DNA of 64,000 nt. Origin: Eledone cirrhosa. Lineage: Eukaryota. This document shows positions 42,745 to 56,449 of this stretch, piece by piece; the first letter of the stretch is position 1, and each line of letters begins with the position of its first letter. Made by a program: the position numbers and the translations under genes. The notes under the pieces were generated by a model. It had not been told where the DNA came from. It made no database searches and worked only from the letters and a program-made list of their open reading frames with translations. Where the stretch lies: positions 2,232,001-2,296,000 of the forward strand of contig CAXHJY010000096.1 in NCBI GenBank assembly GCA_964016885.1, given 5' to 3'.

Positions 42745-45700
42745 TAATTTGTTAAAAAAAATCAGGGGGAGATAATTTGTAAAAAAAAATCAGGGGGAGA
42801 TAATTTGTAAAAAAAATCAAGGGGAGATAATTTCCAGCCGTCCAAGGGGAGATAATTTTCAGCCGTCCAAGGGGAGATAATTTCCCGCCAGCCAAGGGAA
42901 GATAATATTTAAAAAAATCAGGCGGAGATAATTTGTAAAAAAAATCAGGGGGAGATAATTTGTAAAAAATTCAGGGGGAGATAATTTGTAAAAAAAAAAT
43001 CAGGGGGAGATAATTTGTACAAAAAATCAGGGGGAGATAATTTGTAAAAAAAAATCAGGGGTAGATAATTTGTAAAAAAAATCAGGGGGAGATAATTTGT
43101 AAAAAAAATGAAAGGGGAGATAATATCCAGCCGTCCAAGGGGAGATAATTTCCAGCCGTCCAAGGGGAGATAATTTCCAGCCGTCCAAGGGGAGATAATT
43201 TCCATCCTTCCAAGGGGATATAATTTCCAGCCGTCCAAGGGGAGATAATTTCCCGCCAGCCAAGGGAAGATAATTTTTTAAAAAATCAGGCGGAGATTGT
43301 AAAAAAAATCAGGGGGGAGATAATTTGTAAAAAAATCAGGGGGAGATAATTTGTAAAAAAAAATCAGGGGGAGATAATTTGTAAAAAATAATCAGGGGGA
43401 GATAATTTGTAAAAAAAAATCAAGGGGAGATAATTTCCAGCCGTCCAAGGGGAGATAATTTCCATCCTTCCAAGGGGATATAATTTCCAGCCGTCCAAGG
43501 GGAGATAATTTCCCGCCAGCCAAGGGAAGATGATTTTTAAAAAAATCAGGCGGAGATTGTTAAAAAAATCAGGGGGGGAGATAATTTGTAAAAAAATCAG
43601 GGGGAGATAATTTGTAAAAAAAAAATCAGGGGGAGATAATTTGTAAAAAAAAATCAGGGGGAGATAATTTGTAAAAAAAAATCAGGGGGAGATAATTTGT
43701 AAAAAAAATTAGGCGTAGATAATTTGTAAAAAAAAATCAGGGGGAGACAATTTGTAAAAAAAAATCAGGGGGAGATAATTTGTTTAAAAAATCAAGGGGA
43801 GATAATTTGCAGCCGTCCAAGGGGAGATAGTTTTCAGCCGTCCAAGGAGAGGTAATTTCTAGCCGTTCAAGGGGAGATAATTTCCAGCCGTCCAAGGGGA
43901 AATAATTTCCAGCCGTCCAAGGGGAGATAATTTTTTTTAAAAAATCAGGCGGAGATAATTTGTAAAAAAAATCAGGGGGAGATAATTCGTAAAAAAAACA
44001 GGGGGAGATAATTTGTAAAAAAAAATCAGGGGGAGATAATTTGTAAAAAAAATCAAGGGGAGATAATTTCCAGCCGTCCAAGGGGAGGTAATATCTAGCC
44101 GTCCAAGGGGAGATAATTTCCAGCCGTCCAAGGGGAGATAATTTTTTTTAAAAAATCAGGCGGAGATAATTTGTAAAAAAAAATCAGGGGGAGATAATTC
44201 GTAAAAAAAAATCAGGGGGAGATAATTTGTAAAAAAAATCAAGGAGAGATAATTTCCAGCCGTCCAAGGGGAGATAATTTCCAGCCGTCCAAGGAGACAT
44301 ATTTTCCAGCCGTCCAAGGCGAGGTAATTTCTAGCCGTCCAAGGGGAGATAAATTCCAGCCTCCAAGGGGAGATAATTTCCAGCCAGCCAAGTGGAGATA
44401 ATTTGTAAAAAAATCAGGGGGAGATAATTTGTAAAAAATATCAGGGAGATAATTTGTAAAAAAAAATCAGGGGGAGATAATTTGTAAAAAAAATCAGGGG
44501 GAGATAATTTGTAAAAAAAAATCAGGGGGAGATAATTTGTAAAAAAAATCAAGGGGTGATACTTTCCAGCCGTCCAAGGGGAGATAATTTTCAGCCGTCC
44601 AAGGGGAGATAATTTCCCGCCAGCCAAGGGAAGATAATTTCTAAATAAATCAGGCGGAGATTGTAAAAAAAATCAGGGGGGAGATAATTTGTAAAAAAAT
44701 CAGGGGGAGATAATTTGTAAAAAATAATCAGAGGGAGATAATTTGTAAAAAAATTCAAGGGGAGATAATTTCCAGCCGTCCAAGGGAAGATAATTTCCCG
44801 CCAGCCAAGGGAAGATAATATTTAAAAAAATTAGGCGGAGATAATTTGTAAAAAAAATCAGGGGGAGATAATTTGTAAAAAAATCAGGGGGAGATAATTT
44901 GTAAAAAAAATCAGGGGGAGATAATTTGTAAAAAAAATTATGGGGAGATAATTTGTAAAAAAAAATCAGGGATAGATAATTTGTAAAAAAAAATCAGGGG
45001 GAGATAATTTGTAAAAAAAAATCAGGGGGAGATAATTTGTAAAAAAAATCAAGGGGAGATAATTTCCAGCCGTCCAAGGGGAGATAATTTTCAGCCGTCC
45101 AAGGGGAGATAATTTCCCGCCAGCCAAGGGAAGATAATATTTAAAAAAATCAGGCGGAGATAATTTGTAAAAAAAATCAGGGGGAGATAATTTGTAAAAA
45201 ATTCAGGGGGAGATAATTTGTAAAAAAAAAATCAGGGGGAGATAATTTGTAAAAAAAATCAGGGGGAGATAATTTGTAAAAAAAAATCAGGGGTAGATAA
45301 TTTGTAAAAAAAATCAGGGGGAGATAATTTGTAAAAAAAATGAAAGGGGAGATAATATCCAGCCGTCCAAGGGGAGATAATTTCCAGCCGTCCAAGGGGA
45401 GATAATTTCCAGCCGTCCAAGGGGAGATAATTTCCATCCTTCCAAGGGGATATAATTTCCAGCCGTCCAAGGGGAGATAATTTCCCGCCAGCCAAGGGAA
45501 GATAATTTTTTAAAAAATCAGGCGGAGATTGTAAAAAAAATCAGGGGGGAGATAATTTGTAAAAAAATCAGGGGGAGATAATTTGTAAAAAAAAATCAGG
45601 GGGAGATAATTTGTAAAAAATAATCAGGGGGAGATAATTTGTAAAAAAAAATCAAGGGGAGATAATTTCCAGCCGTCCAAGGGGAGATAATTTCCATCCT

Positions 45701-47291
45701 TCCAAGGGGATATAATTTCCAGCCGTCCAAGGGGAGATAATTTCCCGCCAGCCAAGGGAAGATGATTTTTAAAAAAATCAGGCGGAGATTGTAAAAAAAA
45801 TCAGGGGGGGAGATAATTTGTAAAAAAATCAGGGGGAGATAATTTGTAAAAAAAAAATCAGGGGGAGATAATTTGTAAAAAAAAATCAGGGGGAGATAAT
45901 TTGTAAAAAAAAATCAGGGGGAGATAATTTGTAAAAAAAATTAGGCGTAGATAATTTGTAAAAAAAAATCAGGGGGAGATAATTTGTAAAAAAAAATCAG
46001 GGGGAGATAATTTGTTTAAAAAATCAAGGGGAGATAATTTGCAGCCGTCCAAGGGGAGATAGTTTTCAGCCGTCCAAGGAGAGGTAATTTCTAGCCGTTC
46101 AAGGGGAGATAATTTCCAGCCGTCCAAGGGGAAATAATTTCCAGCCGTCCAAGGGGAGATAATTTTTTTTAAAAAATCAGGCGGAGATAATTTGTAAAAA
46201 AAATCAGGGGGAGATAATTCGTAAAAAAAACAGGGGGAGATAATTTGTAAAAAAAAATCAGGGGGAGATAATTTGTAAAAAAAATCAAGGGGAGATAATT
46301 TCCAGCCGTCCAAGGGGAGGTAATATCTAGCCGTCCAAGGGGAGATAATTTCCAGCCGTCCAAGGGGAGATAATTTTTTTTAAAAAATCAGGCGGAGATA
46401 ATTTGTAAAAAAAAATCAGGGGGAGATAATTCGTAAAAAAAAATCAGGGGGAGATAATTTGTAAAAAAAATCAAGGAGAGATAATTTCCAGCCGTCCAAG
46501 GGGAGATAATTTCCAGCCGTCCAAGGAGACATATTTTCCAGCCGTCCAAGGCGAGGTAATTTCTAGCCGTCCAAGGGGAGATAAATTCCAGCCTCCAAGG
46601 GGAGATAATTTCCAGCCAGCCAAGTGGAGATAATTTGTAAAAAAATCAGGGGGAGATAATTTGTAAAAAATATCAGGGAGATAATTTGTAAAAAAAAATC
46701 AGGGGGAGATAATTTGTAAAAAAAATCAGGGGGAGATAATTTGTAAAAAAAAATCAGGGGGAGATAATTTGTAAAAAAAATCAAGGGGTGATAATTTCCA
46801 GCCGTCCAAGGGGAGATAATTTTCAGCCGTCCAAGGGGAGATAATTTCCCGCCAGCCAAGGGAAGATAATTTCTAAATAAATCAGGCGGAGATTGTAAAA
46901 AAAATCAGGGGGGAGATAATTTGTAAAAAAATCAGGGGGAGATAATTTGTAAAAAATAATCAGAGGGAGATAATTTGTAAAAAAATTCAAGGGGAGATAA
47001 TTTCCAGCCGTCCAAGGGAAGATAATTTCCCGCCAGCCAAGGGAAGATATTTAAAAAAATTAGGCGGAGATAATTTGTAAAAAAAATCAGGGGGAGATAA
47101 TTTGTAAAAAAATCAGGGGGAGATAATTTGTAAAAAAAATCAGGGGGAGATAATTTGTAAAAAAAATTATGGGGAGATAATTTGTAAAAAAAAATCAGGG
47201 GTAGATAATTTGTAAAAAAAAATCAGGGGGAGATAATTTGTAAAAAAAAATCAGGGGGAGATAATTTGTAAAAAAAATCAAGGGGAGATAA
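42745..47291 (+). repeat. 2232-bp tandem duplication
   Basis: ORF pairs 42945/45177, 43737/45969 and 44331/46563. Private variants GAAGATGATT (43532/45764), GATAGTTTT, GGGAAATAATTTCC, CTAAATAAAT and AAGGGGTGAT occur in both copies. Confidence 0.92.
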
Positions 47292-50200
47292 TATCCAGCC
47301 GTCCAAGGAGAGATAATTTTTAAAAAAAATGAGGCGGAGATAATTTGTAAAAAAAAAATCAGGGGGAGTTAATTTGTAAAAAAAAATGAGGGGGAGATAA
47401 TTTGTAAAAAAAATCAAGGGGAGATAATTTCCAGCCGTCCAAGGGGAGATAATTTTCAGCCGTCCAAGGAGAGGTAATTTCTAGCCGTCGAAGGGGAGAT
47501 AATTTCCAGCCGTCCAAGGGGAGGTCATTTCCAGCCGTCCAAGGGGAGATAATTTTTAAAAAAAAATCAGGCGGAGATAATTTGTAAAAAAAATCAAGGG
47601 GAGATAATTTGCAGCCGTCCAAGGGGAGATAATTTTCAGTCGTCCAAGGAGAGGTAATTTCTAGCCGTCCAAGGGGAGATAATTTCCAGCCGTCCAAGGG
47701 GAGATAATTTCCAGCCGTCCAAGGGGAGATAATTTTTTTTAAAAAATCAGGCGGAGATAATTTGTAAAAAAAATCAGGAGGAGATAATTTGTAAAAAAAA
47801 ATCAGGGGGAGATAATTTGTAAAAAAAATTAGGCGTAGATAATTTGTAAAAAAAAATCAGGGGGAGATAATTTGTAAAAAAAAATCAGGGGGAGATAATT
47901 TGTTTAAAAAATCAAGGGGAGATAATTTGCAGCCGTCCAAGGGGAGATAATTTTCAGCCGTCCAAGGAGACGTAATTTCTAGCCGTTCAAGGGGAGATAA
48001 TTTCCAGCCGTCCAAGGGGAGATAATTTCCAGCCGTCCAAGGGGAGATAATTTTTTTTAAAAAATCAGGCGGAGATAATTTGTAAAAAAAATCAGGGGGA
48101 GATAATTCGTAAAAAAAAATCAGGGGGAGATAATTTGTAAAAAAAAATCAGGGGCAGATAATTTGTAAAAAAAATCAAGGGGAGATAATTTCCAGCCGTC
48201 CAAGGGGAGGTAATATCTAGCCGTCCAAGGGGAGATAATTTCCAGCCGTCCAAGGGGAGATAATTTCCAGCCGTCCAAGGGGAGATAATTTCCAGCCGTC
48301 CAAGGAGACATATTTTCCAGCCGTCCAAGGCGAGGTAATTTCTAGCCGTCCAAGGGGAGATAAATTCCAGCCTCCAAGGGGAGATAATTTCCAGCCAGCC
48401 AAGGGGAGATAATTTGTAAAAAAATCAGGGGGAGATAATTTGTAAAAAATATCAGGGAGATAATTTGTAAAAAAAAATCAGGGGGAGATAATTTGTAAAA
48501 AAAATCAGGGGGAGATAATTTGTAAAAAAAAATCAGGGGGAGATAATTTGTAAAAAAAATCAAGGGGAGATAATTTCCAGCCGTCCAAGGGGAGATAATT
48601 TTCAGCCGTCCAAGGAGAGGTAATTTCTAACCGTCCGAGGAGAGATAATTTCCAGCCGTCCAAGGGGAGATAATTTCCAGCCGTCCAAGGGGAGATAATT
48701 TCCAGCCGTCCAAGGAGACATATTTTCCAGCCGTCCAAGGAGAGGTAATTTCTAGCCGTCCAAGGGGAGATAAATTCCAGCCTCCAAGGGGAGATAATTT
48801 CCAGCCAGCCAAGGGGAGATAATTTGTAAAAAAATCAGGGGGAGATAATTTGCAAAAAAAATCAGGGGGAGATAATTTGTAAAAAAAATTAGGGGGAGAT
48901 AATTTGTAAAAAATAATCAGGGGGAGATAATTTCCAGCCGTCCAAGGGAAGATAATTTCCAGCCCTCCAAGGGGCTATAATTTCCAGTGTCCAAGGGGAG
49001 ATAATTTCCAGCCAGCGAAGGGGAGATAATTTTTTTTAAAAAATCATTGGGAGATTTGTAAAAAAAATCAGGGGGAGATAATTTGTAAAAAAAATCAAGG
49101 GGAGATAATTTCCAGCCGTCCAAGGGGAGGTAATATCTAGCCGTCCAAGGGGAGATAATTTCCAGCCGTCCAAGGGGAGATAATTTCCAGCCGTCCAAGG
49201 GTAGATAATATCCAGCCGCCCAAGGACATATTTTCCAGCCGTCCAAGGAGAGGTAATTTCTAGCCGTCCAAGGGGAGATAAATTCCAGCCTCCAAGAGGA
49301 GATAATTTCCAGCCAGCCAAGGGGAGATAATTTGTAAAAAAATCAGGGGGAGATAATTTGTAAAAAAAATCAGGGGGAGATAATTTGTAAAAAAAAATCA
49401 GGGGGAGATAATTTCTAAAAAAAAATCAGGGGGAGATAATTTGCAAAAAAAAATCAGGGGGAGATAATTTGTAAAAAAAAATCAGGGGTAGATAATTTGT
49501 AAAAAAAAATCAGGGGGAGATAATTTGTAAAAAAAAATCAGGGGGAGATAATTTGTAAAAAAAATCAAGGGGAGATAATTTCCAGCCGTCCAAGGAGAGA
49601 TAATTTTAAAAAAAATCAGGAGGAGATAATTTGTAAAAAAAAATCAGGGGGAGATAATTTGTAAAAAAAATCAGGGGGAGATAATTTGTAAAAAAAAATC
49701 AGGGGTAGATAATTTGTAAAAAAAAATCAGGGGGAGATAATTTGTAAAAAAAAATCAGGGGGAGATAATTTGTAAAAAAAATCAAGGGGAGATAATTTCC
49801 AGCCGTCCAAGGAGAGATAATTTAAAAAAAAATCAGGCGGAGATAATTTGTAAAAAAAAATTAGGGGGAGATAATTTGTAAAAAAAAATCAGGGGGAGAT
49901 AATTTGTAAAAAAAATCAAGGGGAGATAATTTCCAGCCGTCCAAGGGGAGATAATTTTCAGCCGTCCAAGGGGAGATAATTTCCCGCCAGCCAAGGGAAG
50001 ATAATATTCAAAAAAATCAGGCGGAGATAATTTGTAAAAAAAATCAGGGGGAGATAATTTGTAAAAAAATCAGGGGGAGATAATTTGTAAAAAAAAAAAT
50101 CAGGGGGAGATAATTTGTAAAAAAAATCAGGGGGAGATAATTTGTAAAAAAAAATCAGGGGTAGATAATTTGTAAAAAAAAATCAGGGGGAGATAATTTG

Positions 50201-51069
50201 TAAAAAAAAATCAGGGGGAGATAATTTGTAAAAAAAATGAAAGGGGAGATAATATCCAGCCGTCCAAGGGGAGATAATTTCCAGCCGTCCAAGGGGAGAT
50301 AATTTCCAGCCGTCCAAGGGGAGAAAATTTCCATCCTTCCAAGGGGATATAATTTCCAGCCGTCCAAGGGGAGATAATTTCCATCCTTCCAAGGGGATAT
50401 AATTTCCAGCCGTCCAAGGGGAGATAATTTCCAGCCGTCCAAGGAGACATATTTTCCAGCCGTCCAAGGAGAGGTAATTCCTAGCCGTCCAAGGGGAGAT
50501 AAATTCCAGCCTCCAAGGGGAGATAATTTCCAGCCAGCCAAGGGGAGATAATTTGTAAAAAAAATCAGGGGGAGATAATTTCTAAAAAAAATCAGGGGGA
50601 GATAATTTGTAAAAAAAAATCAGGGGGAGATAATTTGTAAAAAATAATCAGGGGGAGATAATTTGTAAAAAAAATCAAGGGGAGATAATTTCCAGCCGTC
50701 CAAGGGGAGATAATTTTCAGCCGTCCAAGGGGAGATAATTTCCCGCCAGCCAAGGGAAGATAATATTTAAAAAAATTAGGCGGAGATAATTTGTAAAAAA
50801 AATCAGGGGGAGATAATTTGTAAAAAAATCAGGGGGAGATAATTTGTAAAAAAAATCAGGGGGAGATAATTTGTAAAAAAAATCAGGGGGAGATAATTTG
50901 TAAAAAAAAATCAGGGGTAGATAATTTGTAAAAAAAAATCAGGGGGAGATAATTTGTAAAAAAAAATCAGGGGGAGATAATTTGTAAAAAAAATCAAGGG
51001 GAGATAATTTCCAGCCGTCCAAGGAGAGATAATTTAAAAAAAAATCAGGCGGAGATAATTTGTAAAAAA

Positions 51070-52750
51070 AATCAGGGGGAGATAATTTGTAAAAAAAAAT
51101 CAGGGGGAGATAATTTGTAAAAAAAATCAAGGGGAGATAATTTCCAGCCGTCCAAGGGGAGATAATTTTCAGCCGTCCAAGGGGAGATAATTTCCCGCCA
51201 GCCAAGGGAAGATAATATTCAAAAAAATCAGGCGGAGATAATTTGTAAAAAAAATCAGGGGGAGATAATTTGTAAAAAAATCAGGGGGAGATAATTTGTA
51301 AAAAAAAAATCAGGGGGAGATAATTTGTAAAAAAAATCAGGGGGAGATAATTTGTAAAAAAAAATCAGGGGTAGATAATTTGTAAAAAAAAATCAGGGGG
51401 AGATAATTTGTAAAAAAAAATCAGGGGGAGATAATTTGTAAAAAAAATGAAAGGGGAGATAATATCCAGCCGTCCAAGGGGAGATAATTTCCAGCCGTCC
51501 AAGGGGAGATAATTTCCAGCCGTCCAAGGGGAGATAATTTCCATCCTTCCAAGGGGATATAATTTCCAGCCGTCCAAGGGGAGATAATTTCCATCCTTCC
51601 AAGGGGATATAATTTCCAGCCGTCCAAGGGGAGATAATTTTCAGCCGTCCAAGGAGAGGTAATTTCTAGCCGTCCAAGGAGAGATAATTTCCAGCCGTCC
51701 AAGGGGAGATAATTTCCAGCCGTCCAAGGGGAGATAATTTCCAGCCGTCCAAGGAGACATATTTTCCAGCCGTCCAAGGAGAGGTAATTCCTAGCCGTCC
51801 AAGGGGAGATAAATTCCAGCCTCCAAGGGGAGATAATTTCCAGCCAGCCAAGGGGAGATAATTTGTAAAAAAAATCAGGGGGAGATAATTTGTAAAAAAA
51901 ATCAGGGGGAGATAAATTGTAAAAAAAAATCAGGGGGAGATAATTTGTAAAAAAAATCAAGGGGAGATAATTTCCAGCCGTCCAAGGGGAGATAATTTTC
52001 AGCCGTCCAAGGGGAGATAATTTCCCGCCAGCCAAGGGAAGATAATATTCAAAAAAATCAGGCGGAGATAATTTGTAAAAAAAATCAGGGGGAGATAATT
52101 TGTAAAAAAATCAGGGGGAGATAATTTGTAAAAAAAAATCAGGGGGAGATAATTTGTAAAAAAAATCAGGGGGAGATAATTTGTAAAAAAAAATCAGGGG
52201 TAGATAATTTGTAAAAAAAAATCAGGGGGAGATAATTTGTAAAAAAAAATCAGGGGTAGATAATTTGTAAAAAAAATGAAAGGGGAGATAATATCCAGCC
52301 GTCCAAGGGGAGATAATTTCCAGCCGTCCAAGGGGAGATAATATCCAGCCGTCCAAGGGGAGATAATTTCCATCCTTCCAAGGGGATATAATTTCCAGCC
52401 GTCCAAGGGGAGATAATTTCCATCCTTCCAAGGGGATATAATTTCCAGCCGTCCAAGGGGAGATAATTTTCAGCCGTCCAAGGAGAGGTAATTTCTAGCC
52501 GTCCAAGGAGAGATAATTTCCAGCCGTCCAAGGGGAGATAATTTCCAGCCGTCCAAGGGGAGATAATTTCCAGCCGTCCAAGGAGACATATTTTCCAGCC
52601 GTCCAAGGAGAGGTAATTCCTAGCCGTCCAAGGGGAGATAAATTCCAGCCTCCAAGGGGAGATAATTTCCAGCCAGCCAAGGGGAGATAATTTGTAAAAA
52701 AAATCAGGGGGAGATAATTTGTAAAAAAAATCAGGGGGAGATAATTTGTA
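51070..52750 (+). repeat. 829-bp tandem duplication containing module M1
   Basis: ORF pairs 51365/52194 and 51666/52495 differ by 829. Confidence 0.85.
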
Positions 52751-55700
52751 AAAAAAATCAGGGGGAGATAATTTGTAAAAAATAATCAGGGGGAGATAAT
52801 TTGTAAAAAAAATCAAGGGGAGATAATTTCCAGCCGTCCAAGGGGAGATAATTTTCAGCCGTCCAAGGGGAGATAATTTCCCGCCAGCCAAGGGAAGATA
52901 ATATTTTAAAAAATTAGGCGGAGATAATTTGTAAAAAAATCAGGGGGAGATAATTTGTAAAAAAATCAGGGGGAGATAATTTGTAAAAAAAATCAGGGGG
53001 AGATAATTTGTAAAAAAAATCAGGGGGAGATAATTTGTAAAAAAAAATCAGGGGTAGATAATTTGTAAAAAAAAATCAGGGGGAGATAATTTGTAAAAAA
53101 ATTCAAGGGGAGATAATTTCCAGCCGTCCAAGGGAAGATAATTTCCAGCCCTCCAAGGGGCTATAATTTCCAGCGTCCAAGGGGAGATAATTTCCAGCCA
53201 GCGAAGGGGAGATAATTTTTTAAAAAAAATCATTGGGAGATTTGTAAAAAAAATCAGGGGGAGATAATTTGTAAAAAAAATCAAGGGGAGATAATTTCCA
53301 GCCGTCCAAGGGGAGGTAATATCTAGCCGTCCAAGGGTAGATAATTTCCAGCCGTCCAACGGGAGATAATTTCCAGCCGTCCAAGGGTAGATAATATCCA
53401 GCCGCCCAAGGACATATTTTCCAGCCGTCCAAGGAGAGGTAATTTCTAGCCGTCCAAGGGGAGATAATTTCCAGCCGTCCAAGGGTAGATAATATCCAGC
53501 CGTCCAAGGACATATTTTCCAGCCGTCCAAGGAGAGGTAATTTCTAGCCGTCCAAGGGGAGATAAATTCCAGCCTCCAAGGGGAGATAATTTCCAGCCAG
53601 CCAAGGGGAGATAATTTGTAAAAAAATCAGGGGGAGATAATTTGTAAAAAAAATCAGGGGGAGATAATTTGTAAAAAAAAATCAGGGGGAGATAATTTGT
53701 AAAAAAAAATCAGGGGGAGATAATTTGCAAAAAAAATCAGGGGGAGATAATTTGTAAAAAAAAATCAGGGGTAGATAATTTGTAAAAAAAAATCAGGGGG
53801 AGATTTGTAAAAAAAAATCAGGGGGAGATAATTTGTAAAAAAAATCAAGGGGAGATAATTTCCAGCCGTCCAAGGAGAGATAATTTTAAAAAAAATCAGG
53901 CGGAGATAATTTGTAAAAAAAAATCAGGGGGAGATAATTTGCAAAAAAAAATCAGGGGGAGATAATTTGTAAAAAAAAATCAGGGGGAGATAATTTGTAA
54001 AAAAAATCAGGAGATAATTTGTAAAAAAAATCAAGGGGAGATAATTTCCAGCCGTCCAAGGAGAGATAATTTAAAAAAAAATCAGGCGGAGATAATTTGT
54101 AGAAAAAAATCAGGGGGAGATAATTTGTAAAAAAAAATCAGGGGGAGATAATTTGTAAAAAAAATCAAGGGGAGATAATTTCCAGCCGTCCAAGGGGAGA
54201 TAATTTTCAGCCGTCCAAGGGGAGATAATTTCCCGCCAGCCAAGGGAAGATAATATTCAAAAAAATCAGGCGGAGATAATTTGTAAAAAAAATCAGGGGG
54301 AGATAATTTGTAAAAAAATCAGGGGGAGATAATTTGTAAAAAAAAAAATCAGGGGGAGATAATTTTTAAAAAAAATCAGGGGGAGATAATTTGTAAAAAA
54401 AAATCAGGGGTAGATAATTTGTAAAAAAAAATCAGGGGGAGATAATTTGTAAAAAAAAATCAGGGGGAGATAATTTGTAAAAAAAATGAAAGGGGAGATA
54501 ATATCCAGCCGTCCAAGGGGAGATAATTTCCAGCCGTCCAAGGGGAGATAATTTCCAGCCGTCCAAGGGGAGATAATTTCCATCCTTCCAAGGGGATATA
54601 ATTTCCAGCCGTCCAAGGGGAGATAATTTCCATCCTTCCAAGGGGATATAATTTCCAGCCGTCCAAGGGGAGATAATTTTCAGCCGTCCAAGGAGAGGTA
54701 ATTTCTAGCCGTCCAAGGAGAGATAATTTCCAGCCGTCCAAGGGGAGATAATTTCCAGCCGTCCAAGGGGAGATAATTTCCAGCCGTCCAAGGAGACATA
54801 TTTTCCAGCCGTCCAAGGAGAGGTAATTCCTAGCCGTCCAAGGGGAGATAAATTCCAGCCTCCAAGGGGAGATAATTTCCAGCCAGCCAAGGGGAGATAA
54901 TTTGTAAAAAAAATCAGGGGGAGATAATTTGTAAAAAAAATCAGGGGGAGATAATTTGTAAAAAATAATCAGGGGGAGATAATTTGTAAAAAAAATCAAG
55001 GGGAGATAATTTCCAGCCGTCCAAGGGGAGATAATTTTCAGCCGTCCAAGGGGAGATAATTTCCCGCCAGCCAAGGGAAGATAATATTTAAAAAAATTAG
55101 GCGGAGATAATTTGTAAAAAAAATCAGGGGGAGATAATTTGTAAAAAAATCAGGGGGAGATAATTTGTAAAAAAAATCAGGGGGAGATAATTTGTAAAAA
55201 AAATCAGGGGGAGATAATTTGTAAAAAAAAATCAGGGGGAGATAATTTGTAAAAAAAATCAAGGGGAGATAATTTCCAGCCGTCCAAGGGAAGATAATTT
55301 CCAGCCCTCCAAGGGGCTATAATTTCCAGCGTCCAAGGGGAGATAATTTCCAGCCAGCGAAGGGGAGATAATTTTTTTAAAAAATCATTGAGATAATTTG
55401 TAAAAAAAATCAAGGGGAGATAATTTCCAGCCGTCCAAGGGGAGGTAATATCTAGCCGTCCAAGGGGAGATAATTTCCAGCCGTCCAAGGGGAGATAATT
55501 TCCAGCCGTCCAAGTGTAGATAATATCCAGCCGTCCAAGGACATATTTTCCAGCCGTCCAAGGAGAGGTAATTTCTAGCCGTCCAAGGGGAGATAAATTC
55601 CAGCCTCCAAGGTGAGATAATTTCCAGCCAGCCAAGGGGAGATAATTTGTAAAAAAATCAGGGGGAGATAATTTGTAAAAAAAATCAGGGGGAGATAATT

Positions 55701-56449
55701 TGTAAAAAAAAATCAGGGGGAGATAATTTGTAAAAAAAATCAGGGGGAGATAATTTGTAAAAAAAAATCAGGGGGAGATAATTTGTAAAAAAAATCAAGG
55801 GGAGATAATTTCCAGCCGTCCAAGGGGAGATAATTTCCCGCCAGCCAAGGGAAGATAATATTTAAAAAAATCAGGCGGAGATAATTTGTAAAAAAAATCA
55901 GGGGGAGATAATTTGTAAAAAAATCAGGGGGAGATAATTTGTAAAAAAAAAATCAGGGGGAGATAATTTGTAAAAAAAATCAGGGGGAGATAATTTGTAA
56001 AAAAAAATCAGGGGTAGATAAATTGTAAAAAAAAATCAGGGGGAGATAATTTGTAAAAAAATCAGGGGGAGATAATTTGTAAAAAAAATGAAAGGGGAGA
56101 TAATATCCAGCCGTCCAAGGGGAGATAATTTCCAGCCGTCCAAGGGGAGATAATTTCCAGCCGTCCAAGGGGAGATAATTTCCATCCTTCCAAGGGGATA
56201 TAATTTCCAGCCGTCCAAGGGGAGATAATTTCCCGCCAGCCAAGGGAAGATAATTTTTAAAAAAATCAGGCGGAGATTGTAAAAAAAATCAGGGGGGAGA
56301 TAATTTGTAAAAAAAATCAGGGGGAGATAATTTGTAAAAAAAAATCAGGGGGAGATAATTTGTAAAAAATAATCAGGGGGAGATAATTTGTAAAAAAAAA
56401 TCAAGGGGAGATAATTTCCAGCCGTCCAAGGGGAGATAATTTCCCGCCA

